A stretch of DNA of 64,000 bases from Octopus sinensis (taxonomy: Eukaryota): positions 32,488,001 through 32,552,000 of the forward strand of contig NC_042997.1 of the NCBI RefSeq assembly GCF_006345805.1. Reading direction: 5' to 3'. Both the position numbers and the translations under genes were made by a program. The first letter of the stretch is position 1. Each line of letters opens with the position of its first letter. Below, piece after piece: positions 25,682 through 37,700 of this stretch. The notes below the pieces were generated by a model. The model was not told the DNA's origin. It did not search any database and was given only the letters and a program-made list of their open reading frames with translations.

Positions 25682-26605
25682 GTGCACCTGCAGCAGGTGT
25701 TGGACTCAATTTACAGATGAGCTGAGGATAATAATATGCAGTTTAATGCTCAAAAATTCCAGGCCCTGCGCTACCAGCATCCAAAACTGAATATTAAACT
25801 TACAGAGTACACCGGTTCACAGGGAATTTCAATCCTAGAGCCTAAGTCAGTGAGAGACCTGGGTATCAACATGAGTGATGATACCTCTTTCCAAGTGTAC
25901 ATTACCAGGATGGCGACAAAGCGCAGACGACTGGCTGGATGGATCCTAAGAACATTCAGAACCAGAGATAAGGAAACCATGATGGTCCTCAGCTGCCTGG
26001 ATTACTGCTCATAGCTATGGTCACCCACCAGTGTAAAATTAACAGCGGACTTTGAAGCAATCCAAAGAAGATTCACAAAGAAGATCGTCTCTTTGCAACA
26101 GCTCACCTACTAAGAAAGGTTGAAACAGCAAAGACTCTACTTCCTGGAGAGAAGACGGGAGAGGTATGCAGTAATATATATCTGGAAGATCCTGGAAGGA
26201 ATTGTGCCAAATTTTGTCATTGAAAGCTGCACCAATGCTAGAACGGGACGACACTGCATAGTGCCAAAGATCCCAGCAATGCCATCACACTTCAGGACCA
26301 GTTACTGCAACAGCCTGGGTTTCAAGGGCCCACAGCTTTTTAATATTCTCCCAAAGAGTCTGAGGCACTTGCACAAAGTATATGTAGCGGTTTTTAAATC
26401 AAAGCTGGGCATCGTCCTGTCAAGAGTCCCAGATGAACCTACCTCACGGCAAGAGGTGCAAATGAGGGTAGCTATATCAAACTCCATTCTTCACTAAGTG
26501 CCACATATTAGAGGAAGCTCTTAGTAATAACAGTGTAGCACAAAACGGCGGTGCCTCAGCATGGCCGCAGCTCTGAGCTGAAACTACAAAACGAAATAGA
26601 AAAAA
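25682..26605 (+). mobile_element. 5'-truncated CR1-clade LINE (RT C-terminus and 3' UTR), with stops
   Basis: MQFNAQKFQ...VRDLGI...ILRTFRTRD...LDYCS*LWSP...EAIQRRFTK...ERRRERYAVIYIWKILEG...LFNILPKSLR; 3' tail ggcggtgcctcagcatggccgcagctctgagctgaaac. Confidence 0.9.
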
Positions 26606-26609
26606 GAAA

Positions 26610-26976
26610 ATATGTATAGATATATATGCATATATATATGTATATAGTATATATATATGCATATATATATGTATAGATATATATGTATATATATATGTGT
26701 ATATATATATATATGTATGTATATATATGTGTATATGTATGTGTGTATATATATATATGTATGTATATATATATGTGTATATGGATGTGTGTATATATAT
26801 ATGTGTGTGTATATGTATGTGTATATATATATATATGTGTGTGTATATATATATATGTATGTATGTATAAAAATTAAATGGGGACAAGAAGTGAAACGAA
26901 CCGATAAATCGAAACGAACCTGACGCGAGGCGCTGTCAGACAATGTGTATATATATATATGTGTGTATGATATATC

Positions 26977-27009
<33 letters not shown>

Positions 27010-27359
27010 TGTGTGTGTGTGTGTATATATGTGTGTGTGTGTGGTGTGTGTGTATATATATGTGTGTGTGTGTATATATATATGTGTGTGTGTGTAATAA
27101 TATTGTGTGTGTGTGTGTGTATATATAATGTGTGTGTGGTATATAATATGTGTGTGTGTGTGTGTGTATATATATGTGTGTGTGTGTGTATATAATTGTG
27201 TGTGTGTGTGTGTATATATAGTGTGTGTGTGTGTGTATATTATATGTGTGTGTGTGTTGTATATATATATATGTGTGTGTGTGTGTATATATTATATGTG
27301 TGTGTGTGTAATATATATATATGTGTATATATATATATATGTATGTATATATATGAGTG

Positions 27360-27412
<53 letters not shown>

Positions 27413-27526
27413 AGTCCAACCCATGCTAGCATGGAAGCGGACGTTAAGTGATGATGATGTATGTATATATATGAGTGTATATATATATAATAATATATAA
27501 TATATATGTATGTATATATATGAGTG

Positions 27527-27559
<33 letters not shown>

Positions 27560-27757
27560 GTGTATATATATGTGTGTATATATGTATATATATGTATGTA
27601 TATATGTGTGTATATTTAAATATACATGTATATATGTATATGAATATGTATATATGTGTGTATATTTAAATATACATGTATATATGTATATGAATATGTA
27701 TATATATAATAGATATATCATATATGTATGTATACATATGTACATACTTATGTAAAT

Positions 27758-27799
<42 letters not shown>

Positions 27800-28070
27800 A
27801 TATACACACACATACATTATATATTTGTATATATACATCCATATGTGCATATATACGTGTGCGTGTGTATATATATATAACATATATATATATATATTAT
27901 ATAGTATATAATATATACACATACATGTATACATATATATATATATATATGATACACATGTATACAAACATATATATAATATACACACATGTATACATAC
28001 ATATATATATACACATGTATACATACATATATATATACACATGTATACATACATTTATATATATATATAT
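26610..28070. repeat. Long compound (TA)/(TG)/(CA) microsatellite with embedded short element fragments
   Basis: Dinucleotide mosaic; includes an RTE tail fragment at ~27410-27460 and a possible PLE fragment at 26880-26942. Confidence 0.9.
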
Positions 28071-29140
28071 ATGGAGCACTGCCATTTCTCTACACTGTTG
28101 TTACTGAGAGCCTCCTCTAATATGTGGCACTTGGTGAAGAATGGATTTTGATATAGCTACCCTCATTTACACCCTTTGCTGGGAGGTAGGTTCATCTGGG
28201 GACTCTCGACAGGAAGAGGTCCAGCCTTGATTTAAAAACGCCTACATCTACTTTGTGCAAGTTCCTCAGACAATTTGGGAGAATATTAAAATGCTGTGGG
28301 CCCCTGAAACCCAGGCTATTGTGGTAACTAGTCCTGAAGCATGATTGCATTGCTGAGATTTTTGGCTCTGTGCAGTGTCGACCTATTCTGTCATTGGTGT
28401 AGCCTTCAGTGCCAAAATTTGGCACAATTCCTTCCAGGATCTTCCAGATGTATATTATTGCATACCTCTCTTGCCTTCACTCCATGGAGTAAAGTCTTAG
28501 CTGTTTCAGCCTTTCCCAGTAGCTGAGCTGTTGCAGAGAGACGATCTTCTTTGTGAAGCTTCACTGAATTGTTTCAAGGTCTGCTGTTAATTTTACACTG
28601 TTGGGTGACCATAGCTGGGAGCAGTAATCCAGGCAGCTGAGGACGAATGTTCTTCAGAAGACCATCATGGTTTCCCTATCTTTGATTCTGAATGTTCTCA
28701 GGATCCAACTGGCCACTCATCTGCACTTTGTGGCCATCCTGATAATGTGCACTTGGAAAGAGGTATCATCACTCGTGTCGATACCCAGGTTCTTCACTGA
28801 TTTAGGCTCTGGGATTGTAATTCCCTGTGGACCAGTTTACCCTGTAAGTTTCGTATTCAGTTTTGGATGCTGGTAGTGCAGAGCCTGGAATTTTTCAGCA
28901 TTAAACTGCATATTATTATCCTCAGCCCATCTGTAAATTGAGTCCAAGTTCTATTGCAGTTGTGGAACATCACTGGTGTTCTGTATTTTCTGCAAGACTT
29001 TCGTATTATCTTTGTAGCTAGCAAGAGTGGCTATCCGGGTAGTTGGAGTATATCTAAGAGGGCCACTATGAAAAGCAGTCGTCCCAAGACAGTACCCTGT
29101 GGAACACCACTCACTATGTTTTCATTGAAGTGACTCTAAT

Positions 29141-29360
29141 GGCCGGCAGAAACGTTAGCATGCCGGGCGAAATGCTTAGCAGTATTTCATCTGCCATTAC
29201 GTTCTGACTTCAAATTCCGCCAAGTTGGACTTTGCCTTTCATCCTTTCAGGGTTGATTAAGTAAGTACCAATGCACTGGGGTTGATGTAATTGACTTAAT
29301 CCCTTTGTCTGTCCTTGTTTGTCCCCTCTGTGTTTAGCCCTCTGTGGGCAATAAAGAAAT
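29141..29360 (+). mobile_element. SINE family A variant nested in the CR1 RT
   Basis: ggcagaaacgttagc head, gacttcaaattcc B-box, tail ctgtgggcaataaagaaata as at 39000-39213. No TSD is visible, and a few LINE codons appear deleted. Confidence 0.85.
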
Positions 29361-30590
29361 ATATTTTCAGAAAGTCATGTAAGCACTCTCCAAGTTTCCC
29401 AGCTATGCTGAGATCACGCAGTTTGTGACATATCATACCATGATCCACTTTATTGAAATCTTTTGCAAAATCAAGGTATATTACATCCACATTTGAGTTG
29501 TTGAGTAACTGCCTCAACACCAAGTCATAATGCTGTAAGAGCTAGGTCAAGCAGCTCCTACCTGGTTGAAAGCCATGCTGGCTATCACTCAGCAGGTTAT
29601 TTTCTTCAAGGAATGCAATCAGTTTCCCTCTGACTATCTGTTCCATGACTTTGCTGATGTGCAATGTCAGAAAGATAGGCCTATAATTTTTGGAATATGC
29701 TGTGCTTCCCTCATCATGGATTGGGCATATTATTCCCTCCTTCAGCTTGCTTGGCAGCCTGCCATTTCCAAGAAAGTGGTGTTTTGCCAGGGCATGCTTA
29801 CACGATTTGAAGAGGATTGCTGGGAAACCACCAGGACCAGCAGTTCAGTTTGCGTCCACTTCATCTATGGCTAGTAGTATATCTTTTTCGCTAATGTCAA
29901 TGTATTCCATCGTAGCTGCCTCACAGGTTATAGGTGAGGCGGCAAAGAAATCCACTCCTTCGTTCACTTGGCTGTGTTCCAACGAGGTGGTAAAAACACT
30001 TTTGAACTGGTCATTCTGTACCTCACAGATCCTGGTTGGACTGTCCATAAGGGAGCCATACTTTTGGAAGAGGGGTCCAATCTTGCAGTGTAGGGAGGCT
30101 GTTTCTTTCGCATAATGGAAGACGGCCTTTAGGTTTGACTTAATGTTTTTTAATGACCCAGGCTTCTTTGTCTTCTCTCTCCCTCACATAAGATTGTTGC
30201 AGGCTTTTTTCAATCTCCATCAGTGTTGTTTTTAGGCGGGACCTTTCACTAATTTTGGTTGAGGTGATTTGCAACCTTTGTCTGTCATCTCATGAGGATC
30301 TTCTTCTCCCTTGGAATTTTGTTCCTGTTTGTTTTGGCCTTGTGCTCTGGGACATATTTTTGGTACATGGCTTGCATAACAGACATGAAATATTCTAGTT
30401 TCATGCCAATGTCTGGTGTGGAGAGACATTTTGGCCAGTCCTGTCTGAGGATCTCTTTTTGGATCGATTTCCAGTCTGTTTTGTGGAAGTTCAGATTGGA
30501 GAGATTTCAGGTGCTTCCTTTAGGCTGTATGTCTTTAGCTATTTTCAGCCCAAACATAAGCAGCTCTATTATGTTGTGATTTGAAACTAA

Positions 30591-30777
30591 TGTCGGCTTA
30601 TGGCGTAGTGGTTAAGAGCATGGGCTACTAACGCCAAGATTCCGAGTTCAATTCCAAGCAGTGACCTGAATAATAATAATAATAATAACATCGAAAAATA
30701 CCTTAGGAATGAAAACCCAGGTTCGAAATTTCCCCAAGACACCTGATGAAGACTAATATCTGTTGAATGTAAATAAT
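30591..30777 (+). mobile_element. tRNA-headed element with (TAA)n linker and truncated hammerhead half-core, nested in the CR1 APE domain
   Basis: A box TGGCGTAGTGG at 30601-30611, B box GAGTTCAATTCC at 30644-30655, anticodon-like loop CTACTAA, (taa)6, then cacCTGATGAag at 30743-30749. Confidence 0.7.
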
Positions 30778-31073
30778 CTCTTAAATATAGAATGATGTTC
30801 GTGAAGCAGAGATCCAAAATGTTATTCATCCTAGTTGGTCTGAGTACAACTTGCTCCATGAACAGGGCATTGGTGAAGTTGAGCAGGGACTCCACCTGTG
30901 CTTGCTTGCAATGAGTCATTCCTGAGAGCATGAGGCCTTCAGGCCATTTGACATTGGGGAAGTTGAAATCACACATAAGAAGTACGCTCATGTTGTGTTC
31001 CACTGATTTTTCTTGTCCCTTTTTTGTATCATCTGTCTTGATGTTTTGCATTCTTGTCCCATTTTTTGTATTC

Positions 31074-31122
<49 letters not shown>

Positions 31123-31456
31123 CACACACACACACACATATATATACATATTATATTACTGTTGCATCTTTGTTACACAAGAAAAGCCATTGCCAAGAAG
31201 ACTTAATGAAATGATTCATGATTGTTGCCATGTGATGCCCTTATATGACTTTTGTGCCGGGGCAAGCTTTTTCACATTTTATTACATACTAGACAACTGT
31301 GCTGGCTGGCAGAAGAAGCAGGTGCTACCGCTCTCTTAACATGTCTTTTTAGACCTCCAACTGAGAGATACACCCTTCCACATTTTACACACATTCTGTT
31401 ATGAATCTTAATAGCCAAATCATTGTTTATCATGGGTCAATTTCTATATATGTACA

Positions 31457-31499
<43 letters not shown>

Positions 31500-31502
<3 letters not shown>

Positions 31503-31680
31503 AGACTTCACGAAAAAAACAAAAGATGAAGACAGGTGGTGTATAAAACAAACAGATGTATTAGTATAATACTCAGGAAATTGAAAAGTCTTTTACGTTT
31601 TGAGCCTACGTTCTTCTACAGAAAGGGACACAAAGAAACAAGGAGAGAAAAAAGATATGTGTAGTAGCTACCGATCTATC
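31500..31680 (-). mobile_element. PLE pseudo-LTR fragment (same family as 23407-23590)
   Basis: gggaga(c/a)ttcac..aaacaaaagatgaagacaggt...aacaaacagatgtatta...gagcctacg matches 23407-23580; flanked by (TA)n. Confidence 0.8.
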
Positions 31681-31790
31681 TATCTATATATATATATATA
31701 TATATATAATAATAAATATTAGGGAATGAATCCAAAATTACAGGGAAAAATCAGATTTAGGGTTAAATCCAATTTTATAGTAAAATATTA

Positions 31791-32105
31791 TATAATATAA
31801 TTCGAGACAAAACCACTATTTTAAAACCAAACAAGGAAAGACTTAATCAATACATAAATTTTAATATAAATTAAATAAACCGCCACTACAAATGTTTCAT
31901 GTCTGCTCCGACAATCTTCAGGTGGATTTTCGATCTTCTAATCAGTATCAAATTTTGATACTGATTAGAAGATCGAAAATCCACCTGAAGATTGTCGGAG
32001 CAGACATGAAACATTTGTAGTGGCGGTTTTTTAATTTATATTAAAATTTTATGTATTGATTAAGTCTTTCCTTGTTTGTTTTAAAATAGTGGTTTTGTCT
32101 CGAAT

Positions 32106-32114
<9 letters not shown>
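31791..32114. repeat. Near-perfect palindrome (~162 bp arms, 1 nt spacer at 31953) of a PLE-like pseudo-LTR
   Basis: ...cttctaatcagtatcaaa T tttgatactgattagaag...; the arms differ only by about three 1 bp indels in the outer part. Confidence 0.95.
31981..32023 (+). ncRNA. Minimal type I hammerhead-like motif (mirror copy 31883-31925 on -)
   Basis: CCAC-CTGAAGA-T-TGTC(GGAGCA)GACA-T-GAAA-C(ATTT)G-TA-GTGG: stem I ccac/gtgg, stem II tgtc/gaca, short stem III, GUA cleavage triplet. Confidence 0.6.
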
Positions 32115-32153
<39 letters not shown>

Positions 32154-32543
32154 AGAGAGAGAGAGAGAGATAGATACAAAATATTCTATTATTATATACA
32201 TAATTATTATCAGGTGTCAGCTAAGATATATATACATACATACGAAGAGATGGTGTTGTGGATTTCCACTTCAGCATCTGAAACTCAGAGTTTTATCTTG
32301 ACTATTGAGTAATTGTACATATTATTTTATAGATAAATTTCCTCTATTTACATAATATTGAGGTCTCTTTCTTCCTTTCGTTATCTTACTGTTTTTACCA
32401 ATATACATACATACATATATATATATTTATATATAGTTATATGTATATATCATCTCTTATTGCTCCATCTTTTTATCATCTCTATATATACTATATATAT
32501 ATATATATACTATATAATATATATATATATATATATCTATATA

Positions 32544-32583
<40 letters not shown>

Positions 32584-33089
32584 ATATGCATGTGTGTGTA
32601 CATATATATGTATGTGTGTATGATGTATATGTATGAATGTATCTGTGCATATATGTGTGTGTATGCACATATTTAGATTGCTGCGCTTAACGCATGTGTA
32701 TAGGAACATATACATATGTACATACATGTGCATATAGATATGTGTATATATAAATATAAATTAAGGAACAATGAAACATTCTACTCTTTAAAAAACAACA
32801 AATATATGCAGCAAATTAATTTGAAATGATTTACAGTTCAGCTTTGCTCTGTTTCTGAATGTTTGCCTCACTTAAATATTCCACTACCATCTCTCTCTCT
32901 CTTTTTCTCTCTCTTTCCCTTTCTTTATTATCCCCCCCCCCTCTGTCTCTCTCTCTCTCTTACCTCTCTGTTCGTATAAAAAGAGCTTTCCTTAAAGCAT
33001 AGGGAGTAAGCTACATTATTCAAGCTATTAAAATAAACCTTAAAGTGAAATCAATCCCTTTGAATTTTCCCTAAAAATCTGCTGCATAT

Positions 33090-33215
33090 GCTATGACTTG
33101 TATGATTGTTTGTACATATGCATGCATGCGTTCATATTATATGTGTATAAAATGTGTGTGTAAGCATATATATATATATACATATATATATACATATATA
33201 TATACATATATATAC

Positions 33216-33266
<51 letters not shown>

Positions 33267-33416
33267 CATATATATACATATATATATATATATACATATA
33301 TATATACATATATAGATATACATATATATATATACATATATATATACATATATATATATATACACATATATATATATATACATATATATTACATATATAT
33401 ATACATATATATATAC

Positions 33417-33452
<36 letters not shown>

Positions 33453-33453
33453 G

Positions 33454-33488
<35 letters not shown>

Positions 33489-33612
33489 GTATATGCATAT
33501 ATATATATATACATATATATATATACATATATATATACATATATTATATATACATATATATATAATATATATATATATCTACATATATATATATACATAT
33601 ATATATATCTAC

Positions 33613-33643
<31 letters not shown>

Positions 33644-33880
33644 ATATATATACATATATATATACATATATATATACATATATATATACATAATATATAC
33701 ATATATTATACATATATATACATATATATATATACATATATATATATATGTATATATATGTATATATATGTATATGTATATATATGTATATATATATATA
33801 CATATATACATACATATATATATACATATATACATACATACATATATATATATATATACATATTATATATATATATATAA
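33090..33880. repeat. (TA)n/(TACA)n microsatellite
   Basis: Low-complexity array. Confidence 0.95.
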
Positions 33881-34544
33881 ACTAATACATAATACGCAAA
33901 CATACTTATGTTCATACGTGAAACAGCTAAGTGAAGCTTACTTTCCTGTAAGAGAATGTGTATACAACACACATGCACACACACATGCACACACGCACAT
34001 ACACACATGCTACTCATGCCATATGTTGAGTACTCTCTTCCTTTTTTAATACACTCCAACATTTATTCACACTCACATCTTTGGGTGTGTGTGTGTGTGC
34101 GTGCGTGAATATTGTGTATGAAAATAATACCTTTGAATTTGCATTCCGAAAACACTATTGCACACGCTATAATGGTATAGAATTTCAGCATGGGTGTGTT
34201 TGTGTGTGTTTATGCATGTTATAAGCAGAACATCTAAAAAAAAAAGTTGAAGCCAACACATTCAAAATATGTTCAGGTTAGGAAAAAGAAAATATTTAAA
34301 AACAAACAAAAACAAATTGTAATTTGACAAGGAAAATGTATTTAAATGTCACAACTCATTTGATGCTTTTTAAGGTCCATATATCAGGTGGCTCTTAGTT
34401 AAGGGGGTAAAGCTTCTGAAGAGTTTGTTTTGAAAACTGTTAGATTTCCCCCAGAAATGCCCCCATCCACTTCTTGTATTTTTCTCATTATTTTCTCTCT
34501 TTCCATCAATTATTTTTTTCTATCTTTTTATCAGTCTTTTTTTT

Positions 34545-34731
34545 TTACTTCTTTCAATCATTGGACTGTGGCCATGCTGTAACACCAGCTTGAAGGGTCT
34601 AGTCAAAGAAATCAACCCCAGTATTTATATTTTAAACCTGGTACTTATTCTGTCTGTCTCTCTTGCTGAACCACTAGTTATAGGGATTTTGACATTACAG
34701 AAGTTGTCAAGAAGTAAAGGGGAACAAACAA

Positions 34732-34762
<31 letters not shown>

Positions 34763-35350
34763 CACAGACCCCACAGGCATGGCTGTGTGGTAAGAAGCTG
34801 GCTTTCCAACCACATGGTTCAGGGTTCAGTCCTACTGCAGAACACCTCGAGCAAGTGTTTTCTACTAAAGCCTCAGGCCAACCAAATCCTTGTTAGTGGA
34901 TTAGGTAGATGGAAACTGAAAGAAGCCCATCATATATATGTGTGTGTGTGTGTGTGCGTCTTTGTGTCTGTTTGTCACCTCCATCACCATCAACGCTTGA
35001 CAACTGGTGTCAGTGTGTTTATATCCCCATAACTTAGCAGCTCAACAAAAGACATCAATAGAATAAGCATTAAGGCTTAAATAAATAAGTCCTGGGGTTG
35101 ATTTGTTTGACTAAAACCCTTGATGGTGGTGTCCCAGCATAGCCACAGTCAAATGACTGAAACACGTAAAAGATACACACACACACACAACAAGCTTTTT
35201 TTCAGTTTCCATCTACCAAATCCACATACAAGACTTTGGTTGTCATAGAGCTACAGTAAAAGACATTTGCCCAAGGTGTCATGCAGTGAGCCTGAACCTA
35301 AGGTCACATGGTTGAGTACCAAATTTGTTACCATACTGCCATGCCTGCAC
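34545..35350. mobile_element. Cluster of degenerate SINE family B pieces in alternating orientation
   Basis: 3' part (-) at 34545-34700, full degenerate copy (+) at ~34775-35175, 5' part (-) at ~35190-35350. Confidence 0.7.
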
Positions 35351-35636
35351 CTAAGTTATTAATATTTTAATTAACAAATTTAGGGCATGTGTGGCTATTA
35401 ACAGAAAGAAAATTAGGTCATCACATATATATCATCATCTTTATAACGTCCACTTTTCTATGCTGGCATGGGTTGAACAAAGCTTTTTGAGGCAGAATTT
35501 CTATGGTCGGATACCCTTCCTGTCACTAACCCTCAGCTGTTTCTTAGCAAAATAATATTTTTGCATGGCTAGACATGTTTTTGGAGAATATTGCTAATAA
35601 ATGACAGTGACAATCATTTACAACCATCATGTGATG

Positions 35637-35968
35637 TCATGTTAGTTAGTTTGTTAGTTAGTTAATTTTTTGGCTCAAAAGCAAAAAGCAAGGCCATGTA
35701 GGGGGCCATGGAGTTAAGTACAGGGTGGTGTTCATGTAAAGAGTTCAGGCCACTTGAGGTCAAGGGAGACTTTGAACAAAGCGGTCGTCGGCATCTTCAC
35801 CATCTCGTCTGGCAGCTTGTTCCACAGATCCGCAACCCGGACAGAGAAAGCTCCTCTCCTTCGATTGAGATGAAATCGTTGCAGGTAGAGCTTTTCGGAA
35901 TGACCCCACAGCCGACGCTCTGGAGCAGGAGTGAAGAACAGCTCTTTCGAGAGGTTACACTTTCCGCT
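35637..35968 (-). mobile_element. CR1-clade LINE 3' end (third family) with (TAAC)n tail
   Basis: ELFFTPAPERRLWGHSEKLYLQRFHLNRRRGAFSVRVADLWNKLPDEMVK...FKVSLD; tail aactaactaac. Confidence 0.85.
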
Positions 35969-36345
35969 TATGATGTGTATGTGTATGTAGTTTGTCCATC
36001 GATGCGACGAAGACCATCTAGTCATCCTGGCGTGGGGATGGGCCTGTTTTGTGAGTCCACAGATGGCTAGTGAAGCCAATCTGCGCCCGAAAGAGTCTTT
36101 GACAGTGTGGACAAGGAATGGTAGCGCCTGCTACAGGGTTGTTAGCTCTGTTCTTTCTGGCTTGTCTGCGGTCTTCTGCAGCAGTGATCCTATTGGTCTC
36201 GCATGTGTTGGCACCCTTGTGGACAGCTGATTGCCACCCTTCTCTGTCTAGAGCAGACTGCTCCCAAGTGTCATGGTCGATGTTGAAGGCTTTCAGTGTG
36301 TCCTTAAAGCGCTTCTTCTGGCCGCCTTGTGAGTGCTCACAAGAT
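35969..36345 (-). mobile_element. RTE-clade (BovB/RTE-1-like) LINE 3' end with C-terminal CCHH finger
   Basis: GGQKKRFKDTLKAFNIDHDTWEQSALDREGWQSAV...CPHCQRLFRAQIGFTSHLWTH. Confidence 0.9.
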
Positions 36346-37700
36346 GTCATGATAAGGAGACACACACACATGTATGCATATATGAAGGCTTCTTTCAGTT
36401 TCCATCAACCAAATCTACTCACAAAGCTTTGGTTGGCCTGAGGCTATTGTAGAAGACACTTATCCAAGGTGTCATGCAGTGGGACTGAACCCAGAAGCAT
36501 GTGGTTGTGAAGCAAATTTCTTACCACACAGCCACACTATATGTGTGTGTGTGTGTGTGTGTTTTTGTTTGTTACCCACTACCACTTAATCCAGTATTTG
36601 TTTGTTTACAGCCCTGTAACTTAGCCGTTTGGCAGAAGTGATGGTAGAATAAGCATCAGATTTATAAAAAGAAGAAAAACCATGTAGTGGAATCAGTTTA
36701 TTTGACTAAATTCTTCAAGGTGGTGCTCCAGCATGGCCACTTTCATTAACTAAAACAAGTAAAAGATACATAGGCTCTTGTATATATAGAATGTTCCCCA
36801 TAATGGCCTCAATCCAATTACTGAAAGCAATAAATTAATAAATATATTTCAAATTAGCTATTTCTGATTTGAATTAAGCTGAAAAAAAAAACAAAAAAAA
36901 AAAAAAAAAAATTATACAAACAATTTATCTTAATGCTTAATGTTACACTCCTTATGAGTGTTGTGAAATAAACAACTTGAATGAATGAATCATAACTGAG
37001 TGTGGGAGAGGAGTGGAAGTCAGAGAACACAGCGGTGCGGGGAGGGGGATATAAAAACATCATGTAATGTGTGGTGGCAGGGATGATAGTGGCAGTGGTG
37101 GCAGCAGTAATGGTGGTGGAGAATTGTTGCTGTGGTGATGGTGGTGGTGGTTTAACACCACCCCCACCTCTGATCTATTATCAAAGATGTTCCAATAGTA
37201 ACCATTGCACCATATTTTTTACACATTATCTAGAACTACGAATCTGCGAATCCATTTTTATTTGTTTATTTACTTGTTGTTTTTAAGGCAGGAAGATGCA
37301 GTTTTTAAGATTATTCCAAACAGATCCAGTGACCTTATAGATCAATGGTTTCCGTATGCTTTTGCCTGAGTAGCACATTGGAGATCAAACAAAAATATTA
37401 CTGGTACCCCTTCACATGGAAAGTTAAAAAAGCATTCTAAAGTTAAATATTTAGTGAAAAGAAACAGAGGATTAATCATACCTGTATATGACAAAATTAT
37501 GAATAACATATTTTCCAAGATGTCCAGGCATTATTATGGATTTTCTAAAGCCTTATATTTGATTCCTCATTGGACATCTATTTTTTCCATACTAGTATGA
37601 GTTGAGGGTATGTCCCAATACATCACCACTACCACCACCTCTCTCTCTCTCTCTCTCGATATATATATATATAATATATATATATATATATTATATTAAA

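Larger units (their letters stand above)
28074..31077 (-). mobile_element. Longer copy of the same CR1-clade LINE (APE endonuclease plus RT), degenerate, with two nested insertions
   Basis: APE motifs MCDFNFPNVKW, RPTRMNNILDLCFTN, VSNHNII; RT motifs VDVIYLDFAKDFNKVDHG, SGVPQGTVLG; its 3' part is the reverse complement of 25682-26550. Confidence 0.9.

Noticed and set aside
30591-30665. Possible functional tRNA gene
   Set aside because: The acceptor stem does not pair, the anticodon stem is mismatched, there is no oligo-T terminator, and it is fused to repeat sequence, so it is a SINE-type head.
33942-33945. 4 nt microexon-like signal (ttctcttacag-GAAA-gtaagc) on the minus strand
   Set aside because: Not frame-preserving, with no host gene context; such motifs can occur by chance in 64 kb.
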